DNA of 63,510 nt, filler included. It is 4 parts of 4 records of this genome, joined end to end, with 100 filler letters (N's around TTAATTAATTAA, not from the genome) between each part and the next. Parts side by side here need not be neighbours in the genome. Positions count along the whole stretch, not along the records: positions 36,093 to 63,510 come from SRR20825010_3005; 3 more parts are not named here. One strand, written 5' to 3'. The first letter of the stretch is position 1. Each line of letters opens with the position of its first letter. The position numbers and the translations under genes are program-made. The notes below the pieces were generated by a model. That model did not search any database. It saw only the letters and a program-made list of their open reading frames with translations, and was not told the origin of the DNA. Below are positions 49,151-58,543 of the stretch, piece by piece.

Positions 49151-51040
49151 CTAGCGTCCGCCGCCATTCCGTTTAACCATGCTGAAATTCTCTTCCACAT
49201 AGGCCATCAGGGAGGCAACGGATTCATTCACCGTCCGGTCCGCCGTTTCGACCGTGACTTCCGGTGTTACCGGCTCTTCGTAGGGGGCCGAGATACCTGT
49301 GAATTCCTTGATCTCGCCAGCTCGCGCCTTCTTGTAGAGTCCCTTCGGATCGCGCCCCTCGCAGGTGGCGACATCGGCCGCGACATAGACTTCATGGAAC
49401 AGGTCCGGCGCGATGGAACGGGCCCGGTCGCGGTCGGCGCGATAGGGGGAGATGAAGGCCGTGATGACCAGAACGCCGGCGCTGGCGAAGAGCTTGGCGA
49501 CTTCGCCGACGCGACGGATATTCTCCACCCGGTCTTCCGGGGCGAAGCCGAGATCGGAGGACAGGCCGAAGCGGACATTGTCTCCGTCCAGCACATAGAC
49601 CTGATAGCCTTTGGCGAAGAGCTGGTGCTCCAGCTCGATGGCGATGGTGGATTTACCGGCGCCGGACAGACCTGTGAGCCAGAGAACACCGCCTTCATGG
49701 CCATTGGCATGGGCGCGCAGCTCCGGGGTTACTCGGTGCTCGACCGCCGTGATGTTGGTCGAGCGCACGTCGCTGTTGCTGCGCTGGTCGGGATAGCCTT
49801 CCATGAAGATGGTGCCGCCACCGACCGTGTCGTACTCGTCCACCAGAACGAAGCGTCCCGTCTTCGGATTGTTGGAGAACTCGTCAAGCGCCAGCATGGC
49901 GCGGGCCCGCAGCGTCACCTCGCCAATGGCGTTGCGCTCCAGGGTGTCACCTGAGTGGGTTGTCAGGTTCTCGACATCGATCACCGTCTCGATCGACTGG
50001 ACCTCAACCATCTGCTCATTCGTGGCGAGCTTCAGTTTGTAGCGTTTGCCGACTTCCATCGCTTTCTGGCCGAGCCAGAAGATCCGGGCGCGGAACACAT
50101 TGGTCTCAAACGGCGCGTTGTTGTCATGGCTGATGACCTGGCCACGCTCGATAAACAGCTGTTCGCTCAGCGTGATGCCGACGGACTGGCCGGCGGAGGC
50201 ACTGATCGCGGGCTCTTTGGTATTCCAGGTCTCGATGCTCTTGACCGTCACGGTTTTGTTGGACGGGGAGATCAGGATCTTGTCGCCGGCGCGGATCCGG
50301 CCACTCTCGATCCGGCCGGCAATGATCCGGCGCTCGTCGAACTTGTAGACGTCCTGCACGGGAAAGCGCAGCGGGCGCTCGGTCGGCAGAACCGGCGGAG
50401 CGAAATTATCCAGAACTTCAACGAGGGAAGGGCCTTGATACCAGGGCATTTCGTCCGGCGCCGTAATCAGCCCCTGTCCCTCACGGGCAGAGACCGGGAT
50501 GATGGCCGAGGCTTCGAGGCCGAGCTCGGAAAGGTAGCTGCGGATTTCGGTCGTCAGTTCCTGGAAGCGCTCTTCCCGGTAATCCGCGAGATCCATCTTG
50601 TTGATGACGACCGCGACCTGGCGCACACCAAGCAGGTGCAGAATATAACCGTGCCGCCGGGATTGTTCCTGCATGCCGTCCTTGGCATCGATCACCAGTA
50701 CCGCCGCATCGGACAGCGCCGCGCCGGAGACCATGTTTTTCAGGAATTCCTTGTGGCCGGGCGCATCGATGATGACGTAGTTGCGCTTCTCCGTATTGAA
50801 GAAGATCTGCGTCGTATCGATGGTGATGCCCTGGTCGCGTTCCGCCTGCAGGGCATCGAGGACAAAGGCCCACTCAACCGGCATGCCGCGCCGTTCGGAC
50901 ATGGCGATGACGGCTTCGGCCTTGCCGTCGGGCAACGAGTTTGTCTCATGCAGCAGGCGGCCGATCAGGGTCGACTTGCCATGGTCGACATGGCCAACGA
51001 CGACGAGCTTGAGAGCTGGAATTTCAGAAGAAACGTGCAT
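49151..51040 (-). CDS. cysNC: Bifunctional sulfate adenylyltransferase subunit 1 / adenylylsulfate kinase
   Basis: GHVDHGKST, DAPGH and NKMD GTPase motifs. C-terminal TGLSGAGKST, LDGDNVR and RDPKGLY. Confidence 0.95.
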   Translation of the reverse strand: MHVSSEIPALKLVVVGHVDHGKSTLIGRLLHETNSLPDGKAEAVIAMSERRGMPVEWAFVLDALQAERDQGITIDTTQIFFNTEKRNYVIIDAPGHKEFLKNMVSGAALSDAAVLVIDAKDGMQEQSRRHGYILHLLGVRQVAVVINKMDLADYREERFQELTTEIRSYLSELGLEASAIIPVSAREGQGLITAPDEMPWYQGPSLVEVLDNFAPPVLPTERPLRFPVQDVYKFDERRIIAGRIESGRIRAGDKILISPSNKTVTVKSIETWNTKEPAISASAGQSVGITLSEQLFIERGQVISHDNNAPFETNVFRARIFWLGQKAMEVGKRYKLKLATNEQMVEVQSIETVIDVENLTTHSGDTLERNAIGEVTLRARAMLALDEFSNNPKTGRFVLVDEYDTVGGGTIFMEGYPDQRSNSDVRSTNITAVEHRVTPELRAHANGHEGGVLWLTGLSGAGKSTIAIELEHQLFAKGYQVYVLDGDNVRFGLSSDLGFAPEDRVENIRRVGEVAKLFASAGVLVITAFISPYRADRDRARSIAPDLFHEVYVAADVATCEGRDPKGLYKKARAGEIKEFTGISAPYEEPVTPEVTVETADRTVNESVASLMAYVEENFSMVKRNGGGR

Positions 51041-51078
51041 TTTTATTTCTCGTGACCGATCAGATGCGGCAAAGGGGC

Positions 51079-51873
51079 TTACATATAGCCTGCGGTACGG
51101 AGCCGTTCGAAGGCGTCTTCCGCCTCGTGGTCCATGGCGCGGCCGCTGCGTTCGGCAATACTGGTGCCTTCAAGCTCGGTGATGATTTCTTCGATCGTGC
51201 TGGCTTCGCTCTCGATCGGGTTCGTGATGTCCTGATCGCCAAGAGAGCGGTAACGCTTGCCGTTTTTCGAGAAATACAGATCGACGATCGGAATGTTCTC
51301 ACGCTGGATGTAGCGCCAGATATCAAGTTCCGTCCAATGCAGGATCGGATGGATGCGGATATGGGTGCCGGGCGCGAAGTCGGTCTTGAACTGGTCCCAG
51401 AATTCCGGCGGCTGGTCGCGGAAGTTCCATTCAGCATTCTCGCCGCGCGGGCTGAAGACGCGTTCCTTGGCGCGGGTCGCTTCCTCGTCTCGCCGGATAC
51501 CGGCGACCACGGCCTGCATGTCCTGCTCGGCGATCAGGCGTTTCAACGCTTCGGTCTTGCGCGCTGCTGAGCGGGTCGCGGGCGGTAACGTCGGGTCGAT
51601 TTCCTCTATCGGCGGGCAGTCGCGAACAATGACGTTCACACCCCACTCGGCGGAATACTTCTTCTGGAAGTCGTACATCTCCGGAAACTTCTTTCCGGTA
51701 TCGCAGAACATCAGCGGGAACGGGACATGGCCGAGGAACGCCTTGCGGGCGAGCCAGACCATGACATTCGAATCCTTGCCGAGGGACCAGAGCATGCCCA
51801 TGCGGTCGAATTTGTTAAAGGCTTCACGCAGAATGTAGACACTCTGCGCTTCCAGCGCGTCGAGATGATCCAT
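51079..51873 (-). CDS. cysD: Sulfate adenylyltransferase subunit 2
   Basis: LEAQSVYILRE, SLGKDS, RRDEE..RAKERVFS and WTELDIW. Confidence 0.95.
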   Translation of the reverse strand: MDHLDALEAQSVYILREAFNKFDRMGMLWSLGKDSNVMVWLARKAFLGHVPFPLMFCDTGKKFPEMYDFQKKYSAEWGVNVIVRDCPPIEEIDPTLPPATRSAARKTEALKRLIAEQDMQAVVAGIRRDEEATRAKERVFSPRGENAEWNFRDQPPEFWDQFKTDFAPGTHIRIHPILHWTELDIWRYIQRENIPIVDLYFSKNGKRYRSLGDQDITNPIESEASTIEEIITELEGTSIAERSGRAMDHEAEDAFERLRTAGYM

Positions 51874-52049
51874 CGGGCCGGGTATTCCGTTCAAAATCCA
51901 AGTGGAGCGCGGTTTCTAGGCGTCATATGGCTTCTTGTCAAAAGTGCAAAAGGGGTTAGGGAACGATTTGCACAGTTCGGTCGCCCTTTTGCATCGCTTA
52001 AGGAAAGCCTGGTCTCTTTACTCCGGTTCAGTGGAATTGTTTTTCCCGC

Positions 52050-53225
52050 TCAGGCCTCCCCGCCGGAGAAGTAGACGGCATCCGCGAGGGACGGACGGTC
52101 CGGAGCGAGATCCGCAATGACGAGTCCTTCTGCCGCGACCTGTTCCGGGAGCGGCTTGTCTTGTGCCAGAGCGGCGGACGTCATTCCCATGGCGGCGGAG
52201 GTCTGGATGCCGTATCCGCCCTGTCCCGCGAGCCAGAAAAATCCGTCGAGGCCCGGCTCGAACCCGACGACAGGGGATTTGTCTCCGACGAAGGAGCGCA
52301 GTCCGGCCCATCGGCTGTGGAAGCGGCCGACCTTGAGGGTGGTGGCATTCTCGATCCGGTCGACGGCGATGGCGAGGTCGAGATCCTCGGGCTGCGCATC
52401 CGTCGGCATGGAAGGAGTCTCATCTGCGGGGGAGCCGAGGAAGCGTCCGCCTTCCGGCTTGATGTACCAGTCCTCGTTCACGTTTACGACGGCAGGCAGA
52501 ATGTCCGGGTTGATCCCTTCCGGCGGATCAAAGGTGAAGGCGGTGCGCCGCTTCGGTACAAGCCCGATTGGCTTTGCGCCGGCCATCTTGCCGACTTCGT
52601 CTGCCCAGGCGCCGGCAGCATTGATGACCACAGGCGCGGCGAAACTTCCGGCCCGTGTCTCGAGCATCCAGCCGTCCGCAGTTTTTGTCAGCCCCTGGAT
52701 TTCGGCGTCCGTGACGATCTCACCGCCATTGGCCCGCATACCCCGGATAAAGCCCCAGTGCAGGGCGTGGACATCCATGTCCATATCGCTCGGATCATAA
52801 AGTCCGCGCACGACCTTGGCGGGATCTATGGCCGGGAACAGTTCCAGCAGGTCGGCGCCCTCGACGAGCTTCGTTCCGTTTGCGTTTGCCGCCAATTCTT
52901 CGTGCACGGCATCAAGCGCATCAAGCTGGTGCGTCTCGGCCAGGACCAGCGAGCCGCGCGGTGTCAGAATCGGGTCTTGGGCAAATCCTTCCGGCGGGTT
53001 CAGGAAGAAGGGTTTTCCCGCCCGGTTCAGGGCACGGATCGCCGCATTGCCATAACTCTCTATATAGAGGGCGGCGGACCGTCCGGTCGTGTGGTAGCCC
53101 GGCTGGGATTCCCGCTCCAGCAGCAGGACGGAGCCGTGCGGCGCAAGGAAATAGGCACAGGACGCGCCCGCCATACCCGCGCCAATGATGATGTAATCCG
53201 CTTTTCGCAGTGTGCTGGATGTCAT
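52050..53225 (-). CDS. FAD-dependent oxidoreductase, DAO family (D-amino acid dehydrogenase DauA-like)
   Basis: IIGAGMAG, QPGYHTTGRSAA, WAGLRSF and GQGGYGIQTS. Confidence 0.88.
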   Translation of the reverse strand: MTSSTLRKADYIIIGAGMAGASCAYFLAPHGSVLLLERESQPGYHTTGRSAALYIESYGNAAIRALNRAGKPFFLNPPEGFAQDPILTPRGSLVLAETHQLDALDAVHEELAANANGTKLVEGADLLELFPAIDPAKVVRGLYDPSDMDMDVHALHWGFIRGMRANGGEIVTDAEIQGLTKTADGWMLETRAGSFAAPVVINAAGAWADEVGKMAGAKPIGLVPKRRTAFTFDPPEGINPDILPAVVNVNEDWYIKPEGGRFLGSPADETPSMPTDAQPEDLDLAIAVDRIENATTLKVGRFHSRWAGLRSFVGDKSPVVGFEPGLDGFFWLAGQGGYGIQTSAAMGMTSAALAQDKPLPEQVAAEGLVIADLAPDRPSLADAVYFSGGEA

Positions 53226-53427
53226 GTCGTAATCCCGGTCTGGAGCCAGCCCCGACCCTACGCCTTCGCCTCGGGGAATCTCAAGGCCAGTATGTCGGGT
53301 TGTGACCCGGGAGAGACAGGACTGGTGCTGTCCGCCTTAGGGATAAGTTCTTCCGGGACCATTGACTCAAAGACGGTCCCCGCAGTCCGATCCAGACTGG
53401 AGACACACGTACCGAAAGGATCGGGAT

Positions 53428-54885
53428 ATGACTGAGGCGGGGTTTGATATCGTTCTGGAAGGCGGCGACGTTGTCGATGGCACCGGTGCGCCGCGCAGGC
53501 GGGCGGATGTCGGCATCCGGGACGAACAGATTGCTGCCATCGGTGATCTTTCCGAGTCGCAGGCGGGCAGCCGGGTCGATGTCAGCAACCGCATCGTCGC
53601 GCCGGGCTTTATCGACGTGCATACGCACGATGACCGGATGCTGCTGTGCGAGCCGGATTTCGACATGAAGGTGAGCCAGGGTGTCACGACCGTGGTCGTC
53701 GGTAATTGTGGCATCAGCCTTGCGCCGCTGGTGACCGATGTGCCGCCACCGCCGCTCGATCTGATTGGAGACGCGGACTGGTACAAGTTCCCGACCTTCG
53801 ATTCCTTTTTGCGCGCTATCGAGCAGGCACCGGCTTCGGTGAACGCGGCTTTCCTGGTCGGGCATTCGACGCTGCGGGTCGGGACGATGGATCGTCTTGA
53901 CCGGGGCGCGACCAGTGAAGAAATCAAGACCATGCGCGGGTTGCTGGAAGAGGGGCTGGAAGCCGGAGCTGTCGGTTTTTCGACGGGTCTGTTCTATGCG
54001 CCGTCGCACAAGGCACCGACCGAGGAAGTGATCGAAATTTCACGCAGCCTGAAGGCATTCGGAGCCCGGTATGTGACGCATATGCGGAACGAATCGGATC
54101 AGATCATGGACTCCCTTGAGGAAACGTTCACCATCGGCCGCGAAGCGGATGTGCCGGTGATCGTTTCGCATCACAAGGTGCAGGGAAAACATAATTTCGG
54201 CAAAAGCTGCGAGACCCTGGCCTGCTTCGAGAAGCATATGCACCATCAGGATATCGGCCTTGATATCTACCCGTATTCAGCGTCCTCGACGGTCCTGAAG
54301 GAAGATTCCATCGTCCTTGCGGAGAAGGTGAAGATCACCTGGTCGAAAGCGCGTCCGGACCTTGCCGGACGGATGCTGGATGATATTGCCCGGGAATTCG
54401 GCTGTGACGTGTTGGAAGCAGCCGATCGGCTGCAGCCGGCGGGCGCGATCTATTTCAGCATGAGCGAGGAGGATGTGCAGCGCATCCTCAAGTTCGAGCA
54501 TGCCATGATCGGCTCCGACGGGTTACCGCATGACGAATTTCCGCATCCCCGGCTGTGGGGCACGTTCCCGCGTGTACTTGGACATTATTGCCGGGATCTC
54601 GAGTTGTTCCCTCTGGAGGAGGCGGTGCGCCGGATGACAGGCCTCTCAGCCGACAAGTTCGGCCTGAAGGGCCGTGGCCGGATTGCCGAAGGGAATTTCG
54701 CCGATATTTGCGTGTTCGACGAAAAGACGGTGATCGACCGGGCGGATTTCGACAACCCCACAGCGCCGTCCGGCGGCATCGAGAGTGTCTTCGTTAATGG
54801 CCGCATGGTTTGGGGCGCGGGCGCTCATACCGGGGCACGGCCGGGCAAGGCCTTGCGGCGCGGCATGGGACCGCTTGCCGCTTAA
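53428..54885 (+). CDS. N-acyl-D-amino-acid deacylase (D-aminoacylase)
   Basis: PGFIDVHTHDD, GNCG, THMRNE, SHHK, GSDG and PHPRLWGTFPR. Confidence 0.92.
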   Translation: MTEAGFDIVLEGGDVVDGTGAPRRRADVGIRDEQIAAIGDLSESQAGSRVDVSNRIVAPGFIDVHTHDDRMLLCEPDFDMKVSQGVTTVVVGNCGISLAPLVTDVPPPPLDLIGDADWYKFPTFDSFLRAIEQAPASVNAAFLVGHSTLRVGTMDRLDRGATSEEIKTMRGLLEEGLEAGAVGFSTGLFYAPSHKAPTEEVIEISRSLKAFGARYVTHMRNESDQIMDSLEETFTIGREADVPVIVSHHKVQGKHNFGKSCETLACFEKHMHHQDIGLDIYPYSASSTVLKEDSIVLAEKVKITWSKARPDLAGRMLDDIAREFGCDVLEAADRLQPAGAIYFSMSEEDVQRILKFEHAMIGSDGLPHDEFPHPRLWGTFPRVLGHYCRDLELFPLEEAVRRMTGLSADKFGLKGRGRIAEGNFADICVFDEKTVIDRADFDNPTAPSGGIESVFVNGRMVWGAGAHTGARPGKALRRGMGPLAA

Positions 54886-54918
54886 AGCGCCGAAGAGTGC
54901 AAACGGGAGGGAACAAAA

Positions 54919-55515
54919 ATGAGTGATACGCCGAAAACATTGCTCCAGATGGCCGGTGTGCCGAATACGCCGCCGGCCATGGAGGACGCGGTTCTGCTGC
55001 TGATCGATGCACAGAACGAATATATCAGCGGCGCCCTGGCTTTGCCGGGGGCGGCGCCGGCAGTTGATGTGCTGGCGTCAGTGCTGGTGAAGGCACGGGC
55101 GGTTGGCGCTCCGGTTGTGCATGTCCGCCACAAGGGGAATCCGGGCGGGGCGTTCGATCCGGAGACGGACCGGTTTGAGATTATCGGCGCGGTCGTGCCG
55201 CATGATGGCGAAGAGATCGCGGACAAGAAGTTGCCGAATGCCTTCGCAGGCACCAACCTGCAGGCGGTTCTGGAAGCGACCGGGCGCAAGAAGCTGATCA
55301 TTGGCGGTTTCATGACGCATATGTGCGTCAGCTCGACCACCCGTGCGGCTCTGGATCTTGGCTGGAGCTCGGCGGTGATCTCGGATGGTTGCGCGACCCG
55401 CTCCCTGCCGAGCCCGACAGGCGGCAAGGTGGTCGAGGCAGAGATGTTGCACGAAGCCAGTCTGGCCGGGCTTTCGGACCGGTTTGCTATTATCGCGCCG
55501 GGCTCTGCTTTCTAG
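54919..55515 (+). CDS. Isochorismatase-family cysteine hydrolase
   Basis: LIDAQNEY, K..PNAF..T.L and GFMTHMCVSST. Confidence 0.9.
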   Translation: MSDTPKTLLQMAGVPNTPPAMEDAVLLLIDAQNEYISGALALPGAAPAVDVLASVLVKARAVGAPVVHVRHKGNPGGAFDPETDRFEIIGAVVPHDGEEIADKKLPNAFAGTNLQAVLEATGRKKLIIGGFMTHMCVSSTTRAALDLGWSSAVISDGCATRSLPSPTGGKVVEAEMLHEASLAGLSDRFAIIAPGSAF

Positions 55516-55524
55516 GAACAGAAC

Positions 55525-55992
55525 CTATTTGTAGTAGTGCGCCTTGAGGCTGTTTGTAATGGCGATCAGCTGCGGATCGCTCATGTACTCGAACTGTACA
55601 TGGACGCCATTCTCGGTACTGCTGACGACCCGGGCCGCCACCTTTCCGGCTTCCGGAATGTTCAGCTCGATCTCGGTATCCGGCCGGATTGGCCAATCCG
55701 CCACAATATAGGCACCGCCGATGGACAGGTCCTCAATTGCGCAATCGACTTCCTTGCCATCGATCCGGAAGATGGAAATATCGCGGCGCGGCTCTCTCAG
55801 GTCGCGCCGCCGGTCTCCATCCTGAGGCAGATCGACAAGCAGCCGGAGCGCAGTGAGCTCATGCAACAGGTCGGCGACCTGGGACGCCATATTTTCGTCC
55901 TCGACCTTGCCGAGCAGGCGTTCGGCTTGTCCCTGTAAGCTGGAAAGCCCTTCTGAAAGAGTCTTGGTCTGTTCCTGACGCAGCTCTGGCAC
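55525..55992 (-). CDS. PilZ domain protein
   Basis: RRDLREPR (RxxxR) and DLSIGG (DxSxxG), with an N-terminal coiled coil. Confidence 0.8.
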   Translation of the reverse strand: MPELRQEQTKTLSEGLSSLQGQAERLLGKVEDENMASQVADLLHELTALRLLVDLPQDGDRRRDLREPRRDISIFRIDGKEVDCAIEDLSIGGAYIVADWPIRPDTEIELNIPEAGKVAARVVSSTENGVHVQFEYMSDPQLIAITNSLKAHYYK

Positions 55993-56086
55993 GGTTGCTT
56001 CCTCTCACTCTGGTGAGATCATTAATCTACCCAGAGTGAGTATTCGCGTGTTTTTTCGATCTGTACAGGTCGACGGTTGATTGCGC

Positions 56087-57484
56087 TCAGCCGCCGGTTG
56101 GCATTTTGAACGGGCAGAGCGCTTCATAGGCGGCGCTTGCTTGCAGGACCTTGTCCTCACGATATTTGGCCGCGACGATCTGCAATCCGGCTGGCAAGCC
56201 CTCGCTGGTGAAGCCGCAAGGCACGGATGCGGCCGGATGCTGCGACAGGTTGAACGGATAGGTGAAGGCGGTCCATTCGGTCCAGCGCCGCATGCCGGAG
56301 CCGGCCGGAACCTCTCGCCCGGCATCGAAAGCCGCGGTCGGCATGGCGGGGGTCACCAGCAGGTCGTAACGATCCAGCAGCTGATTCACTTCAAGGCCAA
56401 GTGCTTCGCGGGCCTGAATGCCGTCCTGATAATCGGGAAGCGTGATTTCCAGGCCTTCCAGACAAACTTCGGCAAAGCCGGGATCGAGCATCTCGCGCTG
56501 TTCTGGGCTGAGTTTCCTGTAGGCATTGGCGGCACCGGTAAACCAGTGAAGTCTGAACGTTTCGGCGGAAGAGGAATAATCGAGATCGACTTCCTCGATG
56601 TGAGCACCGAGTTCGGCCAGGCGGTTCACGGCTGCGGCGACCAGTGCGGCAATCTCCGGATCGACTTTCGCAAATCCCAGATCCGGGCTGTAGGCAACAC
56701 GCATACCCCGGACGGATTTACCGGAGAGTTGCCGGAAATCGCAGCCGTCATCGGGGGCGGTGTACCAGTCCATGACATGAAGGCCGCTCATCACGGTCAG
56801 CATCAAGGCCGCATCGGCGACTGTTCGTGTCATCGGGCCGGCATGGGAAACGGTGCCCATCACACTGGCGGGAAATTGCGGCACGCGCCCGAAGGTCGGT
56901 TTGAGGCCGAAGACGCCGCTATAGGCTGCAGGGATACGGATGGAGCCGCCGCCGTCTGTCCCCTGGTTCAGGGCGCCCATGCCGAGAGCCGTCGCCACAG
57001 CCGCGCCGCCGGAGGAGCCGCCGGGAGTCTTCTCCGGGTTCCAGGGATTGCGGGTAATGCCGGTGAGCGGGCTGTCGGTTACGCCTTTCCAGCCATATTC
57101 CGGTGTCGTGGTTTTGCCCATGAAGACGGCACCATGGTCGCGCAGGCGGGCAACGAAGGGGGAGTCAGTCCCGCTCCTGAAATCCGCATCACTGGTCTTG
57201 GAGCCGCGCCGGACCGGCCAGCCCTGTACTTCGGCAAGATCCTTGATCGTCGTAGGCACACCGTCGACGATACCGAGCGGCGTGCCGGTCTTCCAGCGCG
57301 CCTCGGAGGCTTTCGCGGACGCCAGCGTTGTATCCTCATCGATGTGGACAAAGGCGTTATAGGCCTCGTTGTGTTTTCCGATCTGATCCAGTGACGCCTG
57401 CGTGGCCTCGACCGGGGAGATGGTTCCGGCGGCATAGGCTTGGACCAGATCGGTCGCACTCATCATCGCGAGATCGCGGCTCAT
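56087..57484 (-). CDS. Amidase (amidase signature family)
   Basis: IKD, PGGSSGG and GTDGGGSIRIP (Ser-cisSer-Lys). Confidence 0.93.
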   Translation of the reverse strand: MSRDLAMMSATDLVQAYAAGTISPVEATQASLDQIGKHNEAYNAFVHIDEDTTLASAKASEARWKTGTPLGIVDGVPTTIKDLAEVQGWPVRRGSKTSDADFRSGTDSPFVARLRDHGAVFMGKTTTPEYGWKGVTDSPLTGITRNPWNPEKTPGGSSGGAAVATALGMGALNQGTDGGGSIRIPAAYSGVFGLKPTFGRVPQFPASVMGTVSHAGPMTRTVADAALMLTVMSGLHVMDWYTAPDDGCDFRQLSGKSVRGMRVAYSPDLGFAKVDPEIAALVAAAVNRLAELGAHIEEVDLDYSSSAETFRLHWFTGAANAYRKLSPEQREMLDPGFAEVCLEGLEITLPDYQDGIQAREALGLEVNQLLDRYDLLVTPAMPTAAFDAGREVPAGSGMRRWTEWTAFTYPFNLSQHPAASVPCGFTSEGLPAGLQIVAAKYREDKVLQASAAYEALCPFKMPTGG

Positions 57485-57510
57485 AATATTGCTCCTGCAC
57501 TTGAAACTGT

Positions 57511-57894
57511 TCAGCTGACCGGTGAGGGCCAGCTGGAATCCCTGAATTCCTGAATCTCGAAACGGTAAGAGCCGATACCCCGGAAAAAGGCCGAATAGAC
57601 GTTGAAGGTCTCGCTGTAGGCGGGCGGGGCATCGAAGACGACGCCTCTGGCTTTCATGCGCTCGTAGAAACCGTCCACATCACTGGAGACGAAAGAAATG
57701 GTGACCGCCGGATCTTCGGCTGGCGGGCGGTTTGTACAAACGCCCAGGAAGGCGTTCGGCGCCACTTCATAGATATGACAGCGGTCATTCTGATTGAGGG
57801 CGAGACGAAACCCCAGGACGTCACCGAGAAATGCGGAGGCGGATGCGAGATCCTCGGTATAGATAAAGGACAGCATCTGGCCGATGGATGACAT
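57511..57894 (-). CDS. VOC/glyoxalase family protein
   Basis: DL..ASAFL.DVLGF…SDVDGFYE…FF…FEIQ. Confidence 0.82.
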   Translation of the reverse strand: MSSIGQMLSFIYTEDLASASAFLGDVLGFRLALNQNDRCHIYEVAPNAFLGVCTNRPPAEDPAVTISFVSSDVDGFYERMKARGVVFDAPPAYSETFNVYSAFFRGIGSYRFEIQEFRDSSWPSPVS

Positions 57895-58011
57895 GTCTTG
57901 TAGCGCTCCCGGGGGGCCGTGGTGAAGGAGGCGGGCCACGGCAAAATCGACTGAAGCGGGAGTTTAGGACGCGAAATAATCCGGACGCAATTCGATCATG
58001 CAAACAAGCTG

Positions 58012-58533
58012 TTATTCATACGGGGTGATGGCGTCCGCCTCGAGGCTGTAGCCGACTTCCGCCAGATCCGTTTGTTCTTCCAGAATGCCGAGCACGCCGC
58101 TGACATAGACCGGCTCGAACATCTCGCGCGGATTATAGGATTGCGCGATCCGGACCAGAATAAGCTGGTTCGGTGGTGGCGGGGGGACGTGGATGCAGGC
58201 TCCGACATAGGGAACGAGGATGAGCTCGTTCACGCCTTCGCCATTGTAATCCAGGGGGATGATGTATCCGGGAATGCGGATCCTGGTTCCTGCAAGCTCC
58301 CGGACAACATCATTACCGGCCATGCTTTGTTCCGGGGGAGGGCCGCTATTGTCGAACAGAGATGTGCTCTTGTCCGCAGGCTGAGGAGCGCTGACTGCGG
58401 GGATGAGGTCTTCCCAAAGGATGTCGCGCGGCTTGCCTGAGGCATGTGCCGGGTAAGCCCGCATCAGGAATGTCATGGCCGTTGCTGCGGTCATGTGCAG
58501 TGCAGTCCGGCGGCTGAATGTGAAATGTTTCAT
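58012..58533 (-). CDS. DUF3299 protein (Tat-type signal)
   Basis: SRRTAL, WEDLIP, RIPGYIIPL and LVPYVGACIHVPPPPPNQ. Confidence 0.9.
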   Translation of the reverse strand: MKHFTFSRRTALHMTAATAMTFLMRAYPAHASGKPRDILWEDLIPAVSAPQPADKSTSLFDNSGPPPEQSMAGNDVVRELAGTRIRIPGYIIPLDYNGEGVNELILVPYVGACIHVPPPPPNQLILVRIAQSYNPREMFEPVYVSGVLGILEEQTDLAEVGYSLEADAITPYE

Positions 58534-58543
58534 ACCACTCTCC

